Assembly: GCA_045595365.1 (NCBI GenBank)
Contig: JAZOAI010000033.1
Coordinates: 743-64,742 of the forward strand
Direction of reading: 5' to 3'
DNA: 64,000 nucleotides
From: Eubacteriales bacterium
Lineage (GTDB): Bacteria; Bacillota; Clostridia; Oscillospirales; JAAYXM01
Numbering within the stretch: position 1 is the first letter of the stretch; each line of letters starts with the position of its first letter. Below the pieces are notes generated by a model. That model did no database searches, had not been told where the DNA came from, and was given only the letters and a program-made list of their open reading frames with translations. Of this stretch, positions 56,281-64,000 are shown piece by piece. A program made the translations under genes and the position numbers.

Positions 56281-57141
56281 TTAAAATGTCACGGTGTGGG
56301 TAAGCGTTTCGCGCTCACCCTTTTTCAATGTGCGGATTCTGTATTTCTTTGAAAAATCATCGACGCGCTTCCACGAAAGGTCAGGCGCGCCTGCCCACGG
56401 TTCTATGCACACATACTCAGCTTTTGGCTCTCTCCACACAAGAAGCGTATCAAAGCCCGGGAAAGCCACGTGAACAAAGCTTCCGTCGCGGTCGTCGCGC
56501 AGAGCAATTCCGCGAGATTTTATATCGAAGAAAATAAGCGCATCAACGGCAAAGAATTCTTCCTTCAATTTAAGCTCGCGCGTGTCTTCAAAACACGGCA
56601 AAGGTTTTTCTGAGATTCCTGCCTCAGGCAGAACCTCATACCTCATAAGCGTTTCTTTTTCATCAAGCACAAGGCTGTAATTCTCGATCGCGCCATCTAT
56701 CGCAAAACCTTCATGAGAGCCCGCAGAATAGTACATATTCCCGTCTGTCTTGTTGTCCGCGGTAAAATCAACCACGAGCTTTCTGCCGCAGACGGTGTAT
56801 GTCACACGGAATTCAAAATCAAACGGATACTGCTTTCGTGTTTCGGCGTTTGACTTCAAAAGAAAGGTCACTCTGTCCTCGCCTTTATCTTCAACATCAA
56901 ACTCCATTTTGCTTGCAAATCCGTGCATATCCATTGAGTATTCCTTACCATTGAAGGTGTACTTTCCGTCTTCGAGGAAGCTGACTATAGGAAAGAGAAT
57001 CGGAGACTTATCTTCCCATATTTCCGGGTCTCCGCACCAGATATATTCCTTGCCTGCGGCATCTTTTACGGAATCAATCTCCGCACCTTTTGTTTTTATG
57101 GCAACAGAAAGCTCATCACTCTTTATTGTTATTACAGACAT
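56281..57141 (-). CDS. Aldose 1-epimerase family protein (LacX-like)
   Basis: ILFPIV, HGFA, and a beta-sandwich-type sequence of ~286 aa. Confidence 0.7.
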   Translation of the reverse strand: MSVITIKSDELSVAIKTKGAEIDSVKDAAGKEYIWCGDPEIWEDKSPILFPIVSFLEDGKYTFNGKEYSMDMHGFASKMEFDVEDKGEDRVTFLLKSNAETRKQYPFDFEFRVTYTVCGRKLVVDFTADNKTDGNMYYSAGSHEGFAIDGAIENYSLVLDEKETLMRYEVLPEAGISEKPLPCFEDTRELKLKEEFFAVDALIFFDIKSRGIALRDDRDGSFVHVAFPGFDTLLVWREPKAEYVCIEPWAGAPDLSWKRVDDFSKKYRIRTLKKGERETLTHTVTF

Positions 57142-57168
57142 TTTTAAAATCTCCTTTGTGTTTCTCTC

Positions 57169-58050
57169 TTATTGTGATTGTTCCGGCGAAGGTTCTTCAT
57201 CCGTATTCTCCGGAGCTTCCAGAGTAGGCTCCTCATTCTTCTCTTCATTCTGCTGTGGGCGTATCTGTTCTGAGGCAACCTTTTCCTTTAAATCAATATT
57301 TGAATCAGGCTTAAACCTCGCCTCTTTGACAGCACTGACGTTTATGGTGCCCTTGTCAAACTCGGCAAGCTCTCCGATAACTGCGCGGAGCATCTCAATT
57401 TTTTTGCCGAGCTGCTCGGTATCACCGAGACTTACAAGAAATCTGTCTCCGTAGACAAGGTTTATATCGTATAATTTGTCAATCTCTATCCTCACTATAT
57501 TGGGAGATAATTGCGCAAATTCAAGAGCAGAAAGAACCTCACAGAGCGGGGCAAGCTGCGCTTCGTTCTTCAAAATCAGCGCACCTCCCACATGAGGGGT
57601 CACAACCTCTGCACCCGCTATTTTCGGAAGTTTAACCTCACTATCTGCTTCAAGCATTTCGAGTATATATCCCTTTTTGTCAATGAGCCAGCGGTTTCCG
57701 TCTGACATGATATACGCCGCAGGGATTCGTTCTGTTATTTCAAACGTAAACGTGTCGGGCAGCTTGCGGCGGATTTTTATCTGCTCAATATACGGGAATT
57801 CCTCAAGTATCCTTTCCGCGACATCGAATTTATTTATCATAAACATATTGTCGCCAGTCTCTATCCCCGATATCTCTATTATTTTTTCGGAATCATATCT
57901 CGTTGTCCCCGAGACGTGGATTTCCGCGACCTTCAGGAATACGGTAACCGACATAACAATGGCAGCTATAACAATGCAGAAGGTCAAAAACGACAAAAAG
58001 AACCCGCCGCTCTTTCTCCTTCGCCTTCTTCTGTGTCTTCTCGCCGCCAT
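57169..58050 (-). CDS. ftsQ: Cell division protein FtsQ/DivIB
   Basis: A basic N-terminus, one TM segment, and a POTRA-like segment (IHVSGTTRYDSEKIIEISGIETGDNMF). It sits at the end of the dcw cluster. Confidence 0.75.
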   Translation of the reverse strand: MAARRHRRRRRRKSGGFFLSFLTFCIVIAAIVMSVTVFLKVAEIHVSGTTRYDSEKIIEISGIETGDNMFMINKFDVAERILEEFPYIEQIKIRRKLPDTFTFEITERIPAAYIMSDGNRWLIDKKGYILEMLEADSEVKLPKIAGAEVVTPHVGGALILKNEAQLAPLCEVLSALEFAQLSPNIVRIEIDKLYDINLVYGDRFLVSLGDTEQLGKKIEMLRAVIGELAEFDKGTINVSAVKEARFKPDSNIDLKEKVASEQIRPQQNEEKNEEPTLEAPENTDEEPSPEQSQ

Positions 58051-58056
58051 TTGTCT

Positions 58057-59322
58057 TCACCTCTCTTTTGTCTGTATCCTTTTTATATCCGCGCCAAGCG
58101 CCGACATACTATCTTCTATTTTTTCATATCCTCGGTCTATGTGGCAGAGGTTCCCTATTCTGCTTTCTCCCTCCGCTGCCGCAGCCGCAATAACAAGTGC
58201 CGCGCCACCTCTTAAGTCCGTCGCCTCCGCTTCGCACCCAAAAAGGCCTGAAACTCCGTTTACAAGCGCAACATTGCCTTCTATCCGTATATCTGCGCCC
58301 ATTCTGACAAGCCCGCCGACATGGCGGTATCTGCCGTCAAAAATATTTTCTATAAAAACGGAAGTCCCTTTGCATTTCGTTGTAAGTGCCATCATAGGGG
58401 GCTGTGCATCAGTCGGAAAACCCGGGTACGGCATTGTCCTGATTGTCCGCAGAGCTGACAGAGGGCCGAACCGTCTGATATTCACAAAATCCTTTCCGAC
58501 AGAAACCTCGCACCCTACTCCCTCTATAAGTGACAGAACGTTTGAAATATGCTCCGGCATTATTTTTTCAACCGCAACATTCCCCCCGCACAGCGCGGCG
58601 GCACACATATATGTCGCGGCACATATTCTGTCGGGGATTACTGTATATTCAACCGACGAAAGTGGCCGTTTCCCGATAATTGTAATCGTGGAGCTTCCCG
58701 CGCCGTATACTTCCGCGCCCATCGCGCGCAGAAAATTCTGGAGATCCTCAATCTCAGGCTCGCGCGCGGCGTTCACGATTCTCGTTCTCCCCTCGCATGC
58801 AGTTGCGGCAAGCATTGTATTCTCCGTTGCACCGACACTCGGGAACGACAAAACCACATCTCTGCCGCGAAGGCGCCTTGCCTCGCAGGTTATCGCGCCC
58901 CCTTCCTCACTTACCCTTGCGCCAAGCATTCGCATTGACGAAAGATGAAGGTCGATGGGCCGAGCACCAAGCTCACACCCTCCGGGCGCAAAAAGCGAGA
59001 CTTTGCCGAGCCGTGCAAGAAGCGCTCCCATAAAAATGACTGACGAGCGCATCTCACGCATCAGCTTATCGGGTATTTTGCAATTACTCGCATCTTTCGA
59101 GTCGACAGTTACAGTGTCGCCGTCAACGGTCACGCTACAACCGATACAACGAAGTATTTCTATTGCCGCATTGACATCTGAAAGACGCGGACAATTATGT
59201 ATTTCACTTATTCCCGCATTCAAAATGGTTGCCGCGAGAATCGGCAAAACACTGTTCTTTGAGCCGTGTACGGAAACCTTTCCCGAGAGGCTCCTTCCTC
59301 CGTTTATAATCAATGTGCCCAT
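58057..59322 (-). CDS. murA: UDP-N-acetylglucosamine 1-carboxyvinyltransferase
   Basis: INGGRSLSGKVSVHGSKNSVLPILAA, CELGARPIDLH and FPTDAQ. Confidence 0.9.
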   Translation of the reverse strand: MGTLIINGGRSLSGKVSVHGSKNSVLPILAATILNAGISEIHNCPRLSDVNAAIEILRCIGCSVTVDGDTVTVDSKDASNCKIPDKLMREMRSSVIFMGALLARLGKVSLFAPGGCELGARPIDLHLSSMRMLGARVSEEGGAITCEARRLRGRDVVLSFPSVGATENTMLAATACEGRTRIVNAAREPEIEDLQNFLRAMGAEVYGAGSSTITIIGKRPLSSVEYTVIPDRICAATYMCAAALCGGNVAVEKIMPEHISNVLSLIEGVGCEVSVGKDFVNIRRFGPLSALRTIRTMPYPGFPTDAQPPMMALTTKCKGTSVFIENIFDGRYRHVGGLVRMGADIRIEGNVALVNGVSGLFGCEAEATDLRGGAALVIAAAAAEGESRIGNLCHIDRGYEKIEDSMSALGADIKRIQTKER

Positions 59323-59424
59323 AGCAAGAAAGCACCCTCCTACTTCTTAATGTCATTCCGACATCGTTTTCACTGCATTTTATGCCACAGTGACAAAATA
59401 GGTTACTTTCCTGCTCCCCGCAGT

Positions 59425-60546
59425 CTATCCTTTTGCTATTTTAATCATTTCCGAGTATATGCGCTCGGACGCGTCAAGCACAGCATGATTGATAAGTTTT
59501 TTTGACATCTCCTCGCGCAGGGCACGGTCAGACAGAAGCTCACGCACGGTTTCAAGAAGCTTTTGAGGAGTGACATCTTTTTCCTCAATCACTCTTGCGC
59601 CACCAATCCGTGATAGTTCCATAGCATTTTTAAACTGATGATTATCCGTCACATTAGGAGACGGGATTATTATTGCTGGGGTTCCTCTTGCGCTTATTTC
59701 AGACAGAGTTCCCGCGCCGCCCCGGCACATAACCACATCTGCCGCCGCAAGAACCCTTGGCATATCGTCGATATACTCGCGAAGCCAGATTCCACTTTCT
59801 CCGTTTGCCGGAACACCTTTTTCGGCAAGAAGCTTCGGCATCCACTCATACCCGAATTTGCCACTTGCATGGATGTGAGAAAATTCACAGCCCGCCTCTG
59901 TTTCAAGACGCATAAGCTCTGCGGTATGGATGTTCATTTCTCTTGCTCCGAGAGAGCCCCAGAAGCTGACAAGAAGCGGTTTTTCTATGTTAAGTTCTCT
60001 CCTCGCCTTGTTCCTGTCATACATCAGGATGTCTTCTCTTATGGGGTTTCCGCAAACCTCACACGATGCCTTTTCAGAAAGGCGGCTTCTACTGCTTTCA
60101 AAATTCAGAAGAACTCGCGTAACATCCTTTGCAAGCATACGGGTGGCAAGGCCCGGGTATGCGTTTGACTCGTGTATCACCGTAGGTATTTTCATTCTTA
60201 TTGCCGCGCGAAGCGTTGGATAACAGGCATATCCGCCGGTTCCCATAACAACATCGGGCTGGAAATTCTTTATAATTTCACGCGCATTCCATTCTGCCAA
60301 AAAAAGCTTTTTAACCGCGTCAATATTTCCAAAAATTCCGCGAAGCGTCATTTTTCTCGATATAGAGCTTGCCTGTATCGTTTTTATCTCAAACCCGGCA
60401 TTCGGGACAAGGCGGGTTTCCATGCCGCCCTCTACGCCTATGAAAAGTATTTCGGAATCCTGCCTTTTTTCTCTGACAAGGCGCGCAACGGCAAGAGCGG
60501 GGTTAATATGCCCACCCGTTCCTCCGCACGCAAAAAGAAACCGCAT
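59425..60546 (-). CDS. murG: Undecaprenyldiphospho-muramoylpentapeptide beta-N-acetylglucosaminyltransferase
   Basis: ACGGTGGHINPALA, and CRGGAGTLSE. Confidence 0.9.
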   Translation of the reverse strand: MRFLFACGGTGGHINPALAVARLVREKRQDSEILFIGVEGGMETRLVPNAGFEIKTIQASSISRKMTLRGIFGNIDAVKKLFLAEWNAREIIKNFQPDVVMGTGGYACYPTLRAAIRMKIPTVIHESNAYPGLATRMLAKDVTRVLLNFESSRSRLSEKASCEVCGNPIREDILMYDRNKARRELNIEKPLLVSFWGSLGAREMNIHTAELMRLETEAGCEFSHIHASGKFGYEWMPKLLAEKGVPANGESGIWLREYIDDMPRVLAAADVVMCRGGAGTLSEISARGTPAIIIPSPNVTDNHQFKNAMELSRIGGARVIEEKDVTPQKLLETVRELLSDRALREEMSKKLINHAVLDASERIYSEMIKIAKG

Positions 60547-60559
60547 ACAATTACATCTC

Positions 60560-61726
60560 CTATCCTTCGGATTTTACCGGAATATACCGCGAAACAGAGA
60601 GAACTACTCCCATTTCAGCAAGAAGTATCAGAAGCGCCGTTCCGCCATATGAAAAAAACGGAAGCGCCGCGCCTGTAACCGGGAGAACTCCTGTTACAAC
60701 GCCGATATTAAGCACTGTCTGCAGAGCGACCATTGTTGATATTCCCGCCGCGAGAAGAGAGCCGAATTTATCGCGCGCGTGAAGCGCTATCCAGTATCCT
60801 CTCATTATAAGAAGCGCAAAGAGAGTGAGAATTATTATAGCTCCGATAAAGCCAAGCTCTTCGCACACTATTGCAAAAATAAAGTCGTTATGCGCTTCGG
60901 GAAGGTACAGATATTTCTGCCGGCTGTTACCAAAACCGAGCCCTAAAAGCCCTCCCGACCCGATTGCATAGAGTGACTGGATAATCTGGTATCCGTCACC
61001 CTGAGGGTCTGTAAACGGGTCAATCCAGGTTTGAACTCTCTGGCGTGCATAATCAAGAAAGCTTATTGCCGCCGCACCGCCGATGCCGATTGCGCCGATT
61101 GCACCGGCAAACCAGCCCCAATGAGTTCCGCCTATAAACATAAGCGCGGCACCTACACCGAAGATAAGAATCATTCCCGAAAGATGCGGCTCCAAAAACA
61201 TAAGCCCGCCGACTATTCCGAGAACAATTACAAACGGCAGAACCCCATATCTGAAGGTGTGCATTTTTTCGGAGTTTACCGATATCATACTTGAGAAAAA
61301 GAAGATGACGGCAATTTTTGCAATTTCAGACGGCTGGAACTGGAAAAGCCCGAGATTAATCCATCTTTTTTCGCCGTAGTTTCCCGTGCCGACAAACAAA
61401 ACCGCAACAAGAAGAAGAATGCTTATAACCATAAGTAAAGGGGAAAGAACCCTGAACTTTCTGTAATCCATCTGGCTTACTATAAACATTATCGCAAGGC
61501 CGGCAACAGCAAAAATCCCCTGCCTTATAAAGTAATACGTTGACGGTTGATTTTCATAATATGCAGTTGCATAGCTTGCCGAAAAGAGCATCAAAAGCCC
61601 TATTCCCATAAGCACTATAACAAGAATAAGAAAGGGAACATCTATGCTTCCTCTTGCTGCAGAAGAAGCTTTCAAAGCGCGCTTTGAAGGGCGCTTTATC
61701 ACTTTTTCAGTTGACCTTCTTGCCAT
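60560..61726 (-). CDS. ftsW: FtsW/SpoVE-family SEDS protein
   Basis: FQPSEIAK, NDFIFAIVCEELGF and LPFFSYGGT. Start at the ATG at 61726, 6 nt after AAGGGGTG. Confidence 0.85.
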   Translation of the reverse strand: MARRSTEKVIKRPSKRALKASSAARGSIDVPFLILVIVLMGIGLLMLFSASYATAYYENQPSTYYFIRQGIFAVAGLAIMFIVSQMDYRKFRVLSPLLMVISILLLVAVLFVGTGNYGEKRWINLGLFQFQPSEIAKIAVIFFFSSMISVNSEKMHTFRYGVLPFVIVLGIVGGLMFLEPHLSGMILIFGVGAALMFIGGTHWGWFAGAIGAIGIGGAAAISFLDYARQRVQTWIDPFTDPQGDGYQIIQSLYAIGSGGLLGLGFGNSRQKYLYLPEAHNDFIFAIVCEELGFIGAIIILTLFALLIMRGYWIALHARDKFGSLLAAGISTMVALQTVLNIGVVTGVLPVTGAALPFFSYGGTALLILLAEMGVVLSVSRYIPVKSEG

Positions 61727-61744
61727 TTGCCGCACCCCTTAAAA

Positions 61745-62734
61745 CTAAAATAGCTTACCCGCAATTCCTGCAAAGCCGATGAGCGCACCTATTGCAGAAA
61801 CCGTCATAAAGACAGCACAAACCTTTTTTTCGCTCCAACCGCCCATTTCAAAATGGTGATGTATGGGCGACATTCTGAAAAGTCTTTTTCCGTGTGTTGC
61901 TTTAAAATATGCAACCTGCAGAATGACAGACAACGCTTCAACTATATACACTATACCAACGAAAAGAAGGAGAAGCGGCATATCATAAGCAAATGCCATT
62001 CCGCAGACAGCCCCGCCAAGAAAAAGCGAGCCTGTATCTCCCATAAACACCTTTGCCGGATTGAAATTATAAATCAGAAACGCCGCAAGAGCGCCGAAGA
62101 GCGCAGATGAGAATATCCCCACTGCGGAATATGACATATATGCCCCTATAAGCGTAAGCACGAGCATAACGGGGATTGTGACGCTTGTTGCAAGCCCGTC
62201 TACCCCGTCTGTGAGATTAACTGCGTTTACAGTCCCCACAATCGCAAGGAGCATTATGATGAGATATGGAACCCATGCTATATTGAGAGTTATATCAAAA
62301 AAGGGAATATAGAGCGCAGGCGTCAGATCATGAAGCATACGCAGAAGCGTGAGATAAACCGCCGCAGAGGTGAGCTGGAGAAGAAGCTTCTGGATTGCAG
62401 TGAGCCCCTGATTCTTTTTCTTCCGGATTTTTGCCCAGTCATCTATAAAACCGATAAATCCGAATGCCGCTGCAAAGAGAAATACTATGAGATGGCGAAG
62501 CTCCCCGCGCAGCATATACGGAATTCCAACTATAAATGCCGCAGCTCCGCTTCCTATGATAAACATAATTCCGCCCATTGTAGGGGTTCCCTGCTTATCC
62601 ATATGCCATTTGGGGCCTATTTCAAGTATTTTCTGACCGAACTTGAGCTTTCTCAGATACGGAATCAGAATCTTTCCGAACAAGTATGTAATTAAAAAGC
62701 TGATTACCGCCGCTGCAATATATTCCGTAAGCAT
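61745..62734 (-). CDS. mraY: Phospho-N-acetylmuramoyl-pentapeptide transferase
   Basis: KQGTPTMGG, NLTDGVDGLA, MGDTGSL and PIHHHFE. Confidence 0.95.
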   Translation of the reverse strand: MLTEYIAAAVISFLITYLFGKILIPYLRKLKFGQKILEIGPKWHMDKQGTPTMGGIMFIIGSGAAAFIVGIPYMLRGELRHLIVFLFAAAFGFIGFIDDWAKIRKKKNQGLTAIQKLLLQLTSAAVYLTLLRMLHDLTPALYIPFFDITLNIAWVPYLIIMLLAIVGTVNAVNLTDGVDGLATSVTIPVMLVLTLIGAYMSYSAVGIFSSALFGALAAFLIYNFNPAKVFMGDTGSLFLGGAVCGMAFAYDMPLLLLFVGIVYIVEALSVILQVAYFKATHGKRLFRMSPIHHHFEMGGWSEKKVCAVFMTVSAIGALIGFAGIAGKLF

Positions 62735-62737
62735 CTT

Positions 62738-64000
62738 TTATTTCCTTTCTTCCTGCAGATGTTCTATTACCTGCCACATCTTTGTTCCGCAGCTCCCTTT
62801 GACGAGGATTACATCCCCCTCTTTCGCAAAACCGGAAAGAAATTCTGCAATTTTCTTTTTGTCCTCAAATACCTGAGCCTTATCTCCTGCGCCGATTTTA
62901 TAGTCATTTGCAAACGCACCGGTTACAAGCACATAATCCGAGCATTTTGCGGCATACTCGCCGATTCCCCGATGAAGCGCCTTCGCATTTTCGCCAAGCT
63001 CAAGCATATCGCCGAGAACGCAAATTTTTCTCCCTCTGCGCTCAAAACCCGCAAGCAACGAGAGCGCAGCGCGCATAGAGTCTGGGTTTGCGTTGTAGCA
63101 GTCACGGATTATCGTTTTTCCCGAAAGCTCAAAAACATCCTGGCGCATCCCTGTGTTTTTAAATGATGCAAGGCCCTCAGCAATACTTTTGTCATCCATG
63201 CCGAACACCCTGCCACAGGCAATTGCCGCGAGGGCATCACGTATATTATGTATTCCGCCACAAGCGATTGAAAACTCCTGCCGGGCTCCGCGCACGCGAA
63301 AACGCGACTCATAAGCTCCGTTTTCGCAAATCTCAGCGAATATATCGCACTCTTCGTTTTCTGTTCCGAACCACAGCGTTTTGTGAGTGATTTTGTCCTT
63401 TATTCCCCACAGATACGGGTCGTCTCCATTTAAAATTGCATATCCGTCATCTGAGAGGCCGCGCAGTATTTCCGTTTTTTCTCGGAGAACCCCCTCCTTT
63501 GAACCAAACGCTTCGAGGTGACTCTCTCCTATTACTGTTATTATCGCCGCATGCGGCTTTGCAATCATCGCAAGCGGCAGAATTTCTCCGAAATGGTTTG
63601 TTCCTATCTCAAGCACCGCCGCCTCATGAGATGAGTCCATCCCGAATATCGTAAGCGGAAGCCCGATGTTGTTATTGAAGTTCCCGCCGGTTTTATGAGT
63701 TTTAAAGCTTCTTGAAAGCACTGCCGCGCACATTTCCTTGGTGGTAGTCTTCCCGACACTTCCCGTCACGCAGACTCGCTTTGCAGAAAGTGTCCGGACA
63801 TACCCCTTTGCAATCTCTCCGAGCGCGCAGAGGGTATCGGCGACTACAATCTGAGGAAGATTTACTCCCTCAATTTCGCGCGATACCAGAAGCGCCGCTG
63901 CGCCATTCTCCGCCGCCGAAGCTGCAAAATCGTGGCCATCAAAGCGCTCTCCCACGATTGCGACAAAAAGCTCGCCGCCGGAAATCTCGCGGTTATCACG
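62738..64000 (-). CDS. murF: UDP-N-acetylmuramoyl-tripeptide--D-alanyl-D-alanine ligase, 5' end beyond the right window edge
   Basis: GERFDGHDF, VTGSVGKTTTKEM and NNNIGLP. The reading frame stays open up to position 64000. Confidence 0.85.
   Translation of the reverse strand, partial: RDNREISGGELFVAIVGERFDGHDFAASAAENGAAALLVSREIEGVNLPQIVVADTLCALGEIAKGYVRTLSAKRVCVTGSVGKTTTKEMCAAVLSRSFKTHKTGGNFNNNIGLPLTIFGMDSSHEAAVLEIGTNHFGEILPLAMIAKPHAAIITVIGESHLEAFGSKEGVLREKTEILRGLSDDGYAILNGDDPYLWGIKDKITHKTLWFGTENEECDIFAEICENGAYESRFRVRGARQEFSIACGGIHNIRDALAAIACGRVFGMDDKSIAEGLASFKNTGMRQDVFELSGKTIIRDCYNANPDSMRAALSLLAGFERRGRKICVLGDMLELGENAKALHRGIGEYAAKCSDYVLVTGAFANDYKIGAGDKAQVFEDKKKIAEFLSGFAKEGDVILVKGSCGTKMWQVIEHLQEERK

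Noticed and set aside
57677-58948. A 423-aa plus-strand ORF, the longest unannotated ORF in the track
   Set aside because: It lies entirely antisense to ftsQ and murA, which have clear family motifs. Its translation is low-complexity (S/P/A/I-rich) with no recognisable motif or RBS. It is a typical shadow ORF.
1-64000. Strong strand bias (all but four coding genes on the minus strand) as a sign of something unusual
   Set aside because: This is the expected co-orientation of genes with replication in Firmicutes. The window probably lies on one replichore with the minus strand as the leading strand.

Overview
This window is a chromosomal segment from a spore-forming Firmicute of class Clostridia. 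That call rests on the yqfC-yqfD-phoH-ybeY-dgkA, tilS-hpt-ftsH and gdpP-rplI-dnaB gene orders, Gram-positive style RBSs, and T-box leaders. I cannot name the species. Coding density is high, and nearly all genes lie on the minus strand. Most of the window is housekeeping: pheST, translation and RNA-modification genes, replication helicase, K+ uptake, a TAXI-TRAP transporter, and a dcw cell-wall cluster (murF-mraY-ftsW-murG-murA-ftsQ). I saw no rRNA, tRNA, CRISPR array, transposase or integrase. The stand-out region is about 41.9-55.8 kb. It holds three consecutive minus-strand transcription units, each opened by a near-consensus sigma-A promoter and a T-box leader. I read the specifier codons as Leu (CUC), Ile (AUC) and Val (GUA). 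Each T-box gates a different AMP-forming acyl-CoA ligase. One ligase is fused to a TIM-barrel domain and follows a catalytically degenerate LeuA-like protein. The other two are fused to an XRE-HTH plus cupin module. The last unit continues into ilvE, a P-loop ATPase, and a four-subunit 2-oxoacid:ferredoxin oxidoreductase. I interpret this as a candidate system for making Leu, Ile and Val from branched-chain fatty acids by reductive carboxylation, induced by uncharged tRNA. Other points of interest are a ~160-bp multi-hairpin repeat present twice with a compensatory stem change, an Asp/Cys-rich zinc-ribbon protein downstream of efp, and a membrane-anchored NAD(P)HX epimerase domain. All function calls come from reading the supplied translations and hand-folding. 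No searches were run.
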